Virus record (IMG/VR): IMGVR_UViG_3300042402_005830 | Location: 11,726 to 75,725 of that record | Strand: one strand, 5' to 3' | Source: a virus | Length of the DNA: 64,000 bases | Part shown: one piece after another, positions 58,487 through 64,000 of the stretch | Numbering within the stretch: position 1 is the first letter of the stretch | How the letters are laid out: each line of letters begins with the position of its first letter | Position numbers and translations under genes: made by a program | Notes under the pieces: model-generated | The model's database searches: none | What the model saw: only the letters and a program-made list of their open reading frames with translations | What the model was told of the DNA's origin: nothing

Positions 58487-61400
58487 ATGGCATCTCAAGG
58501 ACAAATCAATATTACAAATACTAATTTAACAGGGTCTTCATATTCTTTTGAAATATATATAAGAATTTGCGGATCGGGTTCTTGGGGATCACCAATTGAT
58601 ACAATACCATATAGTGGTTTTCCTTTCTATTTTGATGTTCAATCTGTTTTGGGTGATGTAGATTGTTATGAATATGGAGTTATTGAAGTTGAAACAAATA
58701 CTCAGTGTAGTGGTACAGTTAATTACGCAACACCAAGTCCAACACCTACAAATACGGTTACACCTACCGTAACTATGACGCCAACATTGACAGTAACATC
58801 CACAATAACTACAACACCAACAAATACTGTAACTCCAACCAACACAGTTAATTGTAATTCGGCTTATGTAGAAATTTCAAGTGTTCAAAATCCATCCTTT
58901 AGTGGTGCCTCAGGCACTATAAATATTTCAGTATCAGGACAAACAGGCGTTTGGTTTGTAAATCAAGTTGTTGCAAACACCGGCGGTGGTGATATTGTAT
59001 TAACCGCGAATACAAATTACTCGACTCAATCTGAAACAGGTTCGACTCTTATTTTAGAAGTTATAATTACAGGTCAGACGTTAGAAACATTTGGAAACAC
59101 TTACACGGTAAATGTTTTAAGCCCGCTTGGATGTAATCAAACAAAACAAATTACATTCAACAGTCCAAGTCCAACACCTACTAATACGGTCACACCTTCC
59201 ATCACTCCAACAATTACAAATACACCCTCGATTACAAAAACAACAACTCAAACACCCACTAACACATCAACAAATACACCAACCAATACTGTCACACCAA
59301 CAAATACATTAACACCAACAGTCACTTTGAGTCCCGAACTCACGGTTGATTTTGGTGCGACATATGAGTCAGGTTCTTTAATTGCTAATTATGTATTCAC
59401 TGCTAATACTGTTGTTTCAGAAAATTTAACAATTTCATTTACCAACGTTTTATATGATTCAGTTGCTAGTCAAAATATTTATATTTACACTTCGGTTACT
59501 ATAAATTCAGGATTTTCCACAGGACTAACCCAAGTCGTCTTATCCGATAAAAGTTATAATAATTTATTAAAAAATTACACTGAGTTTTTGGATGTTACAT
59601 CTAACAGAAACAATGTAAATTATAATAAATTCAGTAAAATTGTTTTTGATGAGGATTCTCCCATTTATGCACAATATTACGCAAAAAAATGTTGTACTGA
59701 AGATACGGGACCTACAGATGTTTATTTTAATACAGCAACTGTAAATTGGGTGACAGATGCTGGTATCGTCTATAACGGTGTTTGTTACAAGATCGAATCT
59801 CAGGGTGACATTGGTGATTTTATCGGAGTTTATTTAGGTGCGGATTTTTATGGTGAATGTAGAGAGTATCAAGGATGTTCTTGTTATCAACCAGAACCAT
59901 CTGAAACCGCAACACCAACAGTTACTGTTACTCCAACAGTTAGTCCTTCACCTCCCTGTAATGTTGATTTGGGTTGTTTTGCTAATGGGGTAGAATGTGA
60001 TCTAGGTTGTTATACCAATGTTGTCTTCATAACTCCAACTCCAACACCAACAATGACCCAAACTCCTGCGGCACTTGGTATTGTTTTCTTAGGGTGTTCT
60101 ACAAACAACACATATTTGTTATTTGATGGTCCTTTTGGTATCTCATCTCCTATTCAAGGTGTTGTTGGACAAACCTATTTAATTCCTGAATTAGAACTAG
60201 CAGGTTATGCCGATACATGTGCAACTATAGTAGACAATTTGAATAGTCAAATTTTTCTATTTGATGTTGCATTACCATCACAAATTTCAAACTGTGAAAA
60301 TATATCATGTAATTTAGACAATGTTGTAACTTTCCAAAATTGTTGCACTGAAGATAAAGTAAATTTTTCGATAACAAGTATCTTTGATTATTCGGATCCA
60401 ACACAAAATATTTTACCAAATATAGATCAGATCATGTACACAAATAATGCATCTGACAATGATTTTATAAAAATTTGTTATCAGAGAGTTGATCCTGACT
60501 ATACCGTTGATTTTTATCCTGATGTTGTTTTACAGATTAGTATCTATGATGATTGTAACACCTGTTTGGATTACGACAACGAAAATTGTTTAGTTAGCAG
60601 AAGATTAGAATCTTGTTGTGGTGAACAAATTTATCCAGATATTGTTGGATTGATTCCACCATATATACAGGAAGGTGAATTTATTGTCGCTGATGGTTAT
60701 GCATATAATGTCGCAGGTTTATTTATTAATGGTATAGCCTTCACAACTATCGAAACAGGATTTAGTGGATGTTCTGATGCTATAGCAGCATCAGTAATAC
60801 CCAACTGTGTTCCATTACCAACTCCAACAAACACACCTACTCAGACGATAACACCAACGATTACTAAAACACCAACACAAACCCCCACAATAACACCAAG
60901 TACTTCATATACCTCTTTTGCTCTTTCACAATGTTGCGAAACCCTTGCACCGTCACCATTATCGGTTGCCAAATTACCAACATCAGCTTTTGAGGTCGGA
61001 GATTATGTAGTAATTGCGGGTGTTGCATATACACTGACATCGGTCACTTCAGGTGGAAATATTGTAAACTATACTGGACCATATTCAACATGTCAACTGG
61101 CAGTGAATGCTGCCACTTATAAGTGCGTTTATACAATGAACAGTTGTTGTGGAAATGATATCATTCCATATTGGTATTATGTTGACATAATAAATGCCCC
61201 AATAACTTTTAGTTTGTCATCTAATACAATTTATGATATAGATACATCATTTGTAAAAAATTACTCGGTTGATCCTGATCCGCCTATTTATGTTTGTTGG
61301 GTCTTAGAAGAATATGATAATAATATTCCCTTTAGTGGTGCTCCTGTTGGATGGAATGTAAATGACGGTTGTGGTGTGGGAAGATGTATAAGATGTTTGT

Positions 61401-62062
61401 TTACTCTTTCATCGTGTACTACAAATGATACAATCACATGGACAGCGGATTACGACGAAGTGATTAATTTAGGTGATGTTATTTTCATTTCAGGACTACA
61501 AGATAATTTAGGAGTCGGAAATTGTGCAATAGTTATTGACCCGATTGAAAATGGTATTACAAGTACCACATATGATTATCAAACTTTTGGAAATAATAAT
61601 TATTTAATCTTGAATACGTGTACCGATAATGCGTGTTATAATTGTGTGTCTGGTGTTACGATTACCTCCCTTTCAGCTGGGACTCAGACCGTGAGTTATG
61701 TTTCTTGTCAAGGTGTCACCTCAACACTTTCTCTTGGTGCTGGTGCAACTACGACAATACCTGGTTGTATAGATTTGTCATCCACAATAGCTCTTATTTA
61801 TAACATCAATAATGTGAATCCTTCTCTTGAAGTAGTTTCTGTCGGTAGTTGTTGTACAAGATCTGGATTGACAGTTCAAAACACATCGATGTCTCAACAA
61901 ACCGTAACCTATTGGAATTGTGCAACACAGTCCAACGTAAACGCCAACGTTCCTGCGGTTTCAAGTGTTGGTCTTTCGGGTGTAATTTTGATGTCATCAT
62001 TAAACCTACCTGTTGGTGTGAGTATAACAAACCAAGGGTCTTGTGCCTCTTGTAACCCATAA
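58487..62062 (+). CDS. Large Thr/Pro-repeat and Cys-rich modular putative virion protein
   Basis: TPT tracts separate globular domains; repeated CC...C..C modules; shares a domain with the protein at 53866. Confidence 0.75.
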   Translation: MASQGQINITNTNLTGSSYSFEIYIRICGSGSWGSPIDTIPYSGFPFYFDVQSVLGDVDCYEYGVIEVETNTQCSGTVNYATPSPTPTNTVTPTVTMTPTLTVTSTITTTPTNTVTPTNTVNCNSAYVEISSVQNPSFSGASGTINISVSGQTGVWFVNQVVANTGGGDIVLTANTNYSTQSETGSTLILEVIITGQTLETFGNTYTVNVLSPLGCNQTKQITFNSPSPTPTNTVTPSITPTITNTPSITKTTTQTPTNTSTNTPTNTVTPTNTLTPTVTLSPELTVDFGATYESGSLIANYVFTANTVVSENLTISFTNVLYDSVASQNIYIYTSVTINSGFSTGLTQVVLSDKSYNNLLKNYTEFLDVTSNRNNVNYNKFSKIVFDEDSPIYAQYYAKKCCTEDTGPTDVYFNTATVNWVTDAGIVYNGVCYKIESQGDIGDFIGVYLGADFYGECREYQGCSCYQPEPSETATPTVTVTPTVSPSPPCNVDLGCFANGVECDLGCYTNVVFITPTPTPTMTQTPAALGIVFLGCSTNNTYLLFDGPFGISSPIQGVVGQTYLIPELELAGYADTCATIVDNLNSQIFLFDVALPSQISNCENISCNLDNVVTFQNCCTEDKVNFSITSIFDYSDPTQNILPNIDQIMYTNNASDNDFIKICYQRVDPDYTVDFYPDVVLQISIYDDCNTCLDYDNENCLVSRRLESCCGEQIYPDIVGLIPPYIQEGEFIVADGYAYNVAGLFINGIAFTTIETGFSGCSDAIAASVIPNCVPLPTPTNTPTQTITPTITKTPTQTPTITPSTSYTSFALSQCCETLAPSPLSVAKLPTSAFEVGDYVVIAGVAYTLTSVTSGGNIVNYTGPYSTCQLAVNAATYKCVYTMNSCCGNDIIPYWYYVDIINAPITFSLSSNTIYDIDTSFVKNYSVDPDPPIYVCWVLEEYDNNIPFSGAPVGWNVNDGCGVGRCIRCLFTLSSCTTNDTITWTADYDEVINLGDVIFISGLQDNLGVGNCAIVIDPIENGITSTTYDYQTFGNNNYLILNTCTDNACYNCVSGVTITSLSAGTQTVSYVSCQGVTSTLSLGAGATTTIPGCIDLSSTIALIYNINNVNPSLEVVSVGSCCTRSGLTVQNTSMSQQTVTYWNCATQSNVNANVPAVSSVGLSGVILMSSLNLPVGVSITNQGSCASCNP

Positions 62063-62066
62063 AAAT

Positions 62067-62597
62067 ATGTCAGAAAATAGAATATTATACGATCAGAACA
62101 ATAATTTTGTTGTAGGATCTTGGATTAGACCAATAATGAAAGAACACGCTATTTTGGTTAGTCTTAATGGTGGCCATATCTTAGAATTTGGTTTTGGTTT
62201 AGGAATTTTTTCAGAGGAAGTTCAAAAGATTGGTGTAGAATCTCATACTATAGTAGAAAATGACCCACAGAGATATTCCGAACTTCTAAAATTTGCCGAA
62301 AATTATAATACTGTAATTCCTATTTTTGATAGTTGGTTAAACTTCGAATCAAAAATTAAATATGATGGAATTTTCCACGATACTAATACATCAATTGATT
62401 TATTTAGTTCATATGTTTCTAAGTGGGCAAAAGAGGGTGCTATTATTAGTTGGTTTTCACCAGCAAAAAAAGAACATGCGTTACTTAATGAGTTTGCGGA
62501 TAGATACATAGAAATCCCAATAGACATGACCGAATATGAAATTTACGATAGTAGCTTCAGAGACACGTATTACTTACCATTGAAGATTTACAAATAA
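62067..62597 (+). CDS. RMT2/GAMT-like class I methyltransferase
   Basis: W.RPIMKEHA...NGGHILEFGFGLGI....Q......HTIVE..P, YDGIFHDT. Likely start 62067 (track start 62043). Confidence 0.75.
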   Translation: MSENRILYDQNNNFVVGSWIRPIMKEHAILVSLNGGHILEFGFGLGIFSEEVQKIGVESHTIVENDPQRYSELLKFAENYNTVIPIFDSWLNFESKIKYDGIFHDTNTSIDLFSSYVSKWAKEGAIISWFSPAKKEHALLNEFADRYIEIPIDMTEYEIYDSSFRDTYYLPLKIYK

Positions 62598-62626
62598 AAA
62601 TTAAAGATATTTATTAAATAAAAAAA

Positions 62627-63829
62627 ATGCCAACGACTGTAGAAATAGGTATGACAAACGAAATCATCGGAATCACATCCTTTGATTTTTTTGTAAGTGA
62701 GTGTGTTCAACCACCGAACTGGGTAATAGTAGCCAATGATATTAGTTTTGAGGAACAACCAATTGTTGTTGATCTCGATTCATTCATAACCGTGACAAAC
62801 GATTGTTTTCTCTATTACATTTCCGGAGACACTGGATGTTACTGTACAGGAACGGGGTCTACAGTCCCCCCACCCCCAACTCCAACATCAACACCCTCGA
62901 ATACACCTTCACAAACCGTAACTCCATCAATCACACCTACAATATCTTTAACTTCATCCATCACCCCTACAAATACGATTACCCCAACTATTACACCAAC
63001 AACAACTCTAACACCAACACCCACAAAAACCCCCACACCAACACCAATCGCATGTACCGAAATCACACCTTTACTTATTACAGGAACTAGCTCTAACGCA
63101 AACATTTGGGATGGTTATATTTTGACTACAGGTGCTAATCAATACAATAGTTTGTGTGATATTGCAACATGTTTGAACTTAAGTGGTAATAGTTCTGTCA
63201 GTATGGGATCAAGAATATTAACGGCTGACCTATATGTTCCAACATCAGGATTATCCACAACTCTATCTGCGGCGACACCTCTATATAACAGCTCTTGTGT
63301 TCAATATACACAATCTACTTTCTATGTTAATGGTAACTTCAGCACTAACACATTCACACCCGGAACCGAACTTTATGTCATAATAAGCGGTATTTCAGGT
63401 AATACTATATATCAGATAGCACCAGGTGCTGGCAATAATATGTTTATAAGTCTATATGCAACTTGTGACTATAGCGGTGGTACTCAATCTATCGTAGGAT
63501 TCGATGTTCAAATGAATAATCAAGGTCAATGGGTTATCGATGGTGTGGTAGAACCGAACTTAACATTACAATGTGGTGTCGAATACAACTTCCACATTTG
63601 TAGCACCGGTGCTACAGAATTTTGGTTGGCTGATAAATATAACCTATCCGATGAGTCATTACCAAATGGTACTGATGCTCTTGGTACATTGGATGGTGTA
63701 TATAACAATGGCGATAATTTTGGATCTATTGTTGTGACATTTGATTCCGCAGGAACAGATGGTGGATATTGGTACGGATATAATGATGTTGTGGGTGCTG
63801 CTGGACGTATATTCGTAAACGGATGTTGA
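62627..63829 (+). CDS. Thr/Pro-repeat putative virion protein
   Basis: TPT tract; N domain resembles that of the protein at 58487; TATTTAT upstream. Confidence 0.7.
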   Translation: MPTTVEIGMTNEIIGITSFDFFVSECVQPPNWVIVANDISFEEQPIVVDLDSFITVTNDCFLYYISGDTGCYCTGTGSTVPPPPTPTSTPSNTPSQTVTPSITPTISLTSSITPTNTITPTITPTTTLTPTPTKTPTPTPIACTEITPLLITGTSSNANIWDGYILTTGANQYNSLCDIATCLNLSGNSSVSMGSRILTADLYVPTSGLSTTLSAATPLYNSSCVQYTQSTFYVNGNFSTNTFTPGTELYVIISGISGNTIYQIAPGAGNNMFISLYATCDYSGGTQSIVGFDVQMNNQGQWVIDGVVEPNLTLQCGVEYNFHICSTGATEFWLADKYNLSDESLPNGTDALGTLDGVYNNGDNFGSIVVTFDSAGTDGGYWYGYNDVVGAAGRIFVNGC

Positions 63830-63830
63830 T

Positions 63831-64000
63831 ATGGAATTTTACATAAAGAAAGAAAACAGACTACCTCTCCTTAAAATTCAACTAAATAAGGATGGAGTTA
63901 CAATGTTTTCTGATTTTATGGATGATTTGGAAAGGGCTATCATTTTTTTTTCCATGCAGGATGTTGACACGGGAATAAAAAAAATATCAAATCAAAGAGC
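63831..64000 (+). CDS. Paralogue of the N-terminus of the protein at 53866 (partial, runs off window end)
   Basis: Hand translation MEFYIKKENRLPLLKIQLNKDG...IFFSMQDVDTG versus [23 protein letters not shown]...[11 protein letters not shown]. Confidence 0.75.
   Translation, partial: MEFYIKKENRLPLLKIQLNKDGVTMFSDFMDDLERAIIFFSMQDVDTGIKKISNQR

Noticed and set aside
1-64000. Alternative genetic code (stop-codon reassignment) as in some large phages
   Set aside because: Core genes are full length under code 11, and TAA, TGA and TAG all occur as sensible gene ends
1-64000. tRNA, rRNA or structured ncRNA genes
   Set aside because: Intergenic gaps are short and AT-rich and only terminator hairpins were found; a covariance-model search was not possible

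Overview
An AT-rich, densely coding segment of a large T4-like tailed phage (jumbo-phage gene content). Its host is almost certainly Bacteroidota: there is a T9SS C-terminal sorting domain, a Bacteroidota-type TonB-dependent receptor, TAnnTTTG promoters, signal peptides cleaving before Gln, and essentially no Shine-Dalgarno motifs. Left to right the window holds: (1) a proteostasis block (M20/M28 peptidase, N-terminally truncated ClpC, double-UVR protein); (2) the head module (terminase, portal, bS21, prohead protease, scaffold, major capsid); (3) a TonB-dependent receptor plus T9SS-cargo operon behind a Pho-box-like promoter; (4) a minus-strand block with a baseplate spike-like gene, gp55-like late sigma factor, glycosyltransferases, PhoH, dUTPase and an exonuclease; (5) a ~9 kb glycosyltransferase cassette led by a GT60 polypeptide-GlcNAc transferase and flanked by large Thr/Pro-repeat (mucin-like) putative virion proteins. 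The best candidates for an undescribed system are a phage-encoded mucin-type O-glycosylation pathway for virion proteins and a phosphate-stress-controlled outer-membrane uptake module that uses the host T9SS. A TATTTAT motif precedes about 16 genes and is the likely late promoter. All family calls come from motif recognition by eye; no searches were run.
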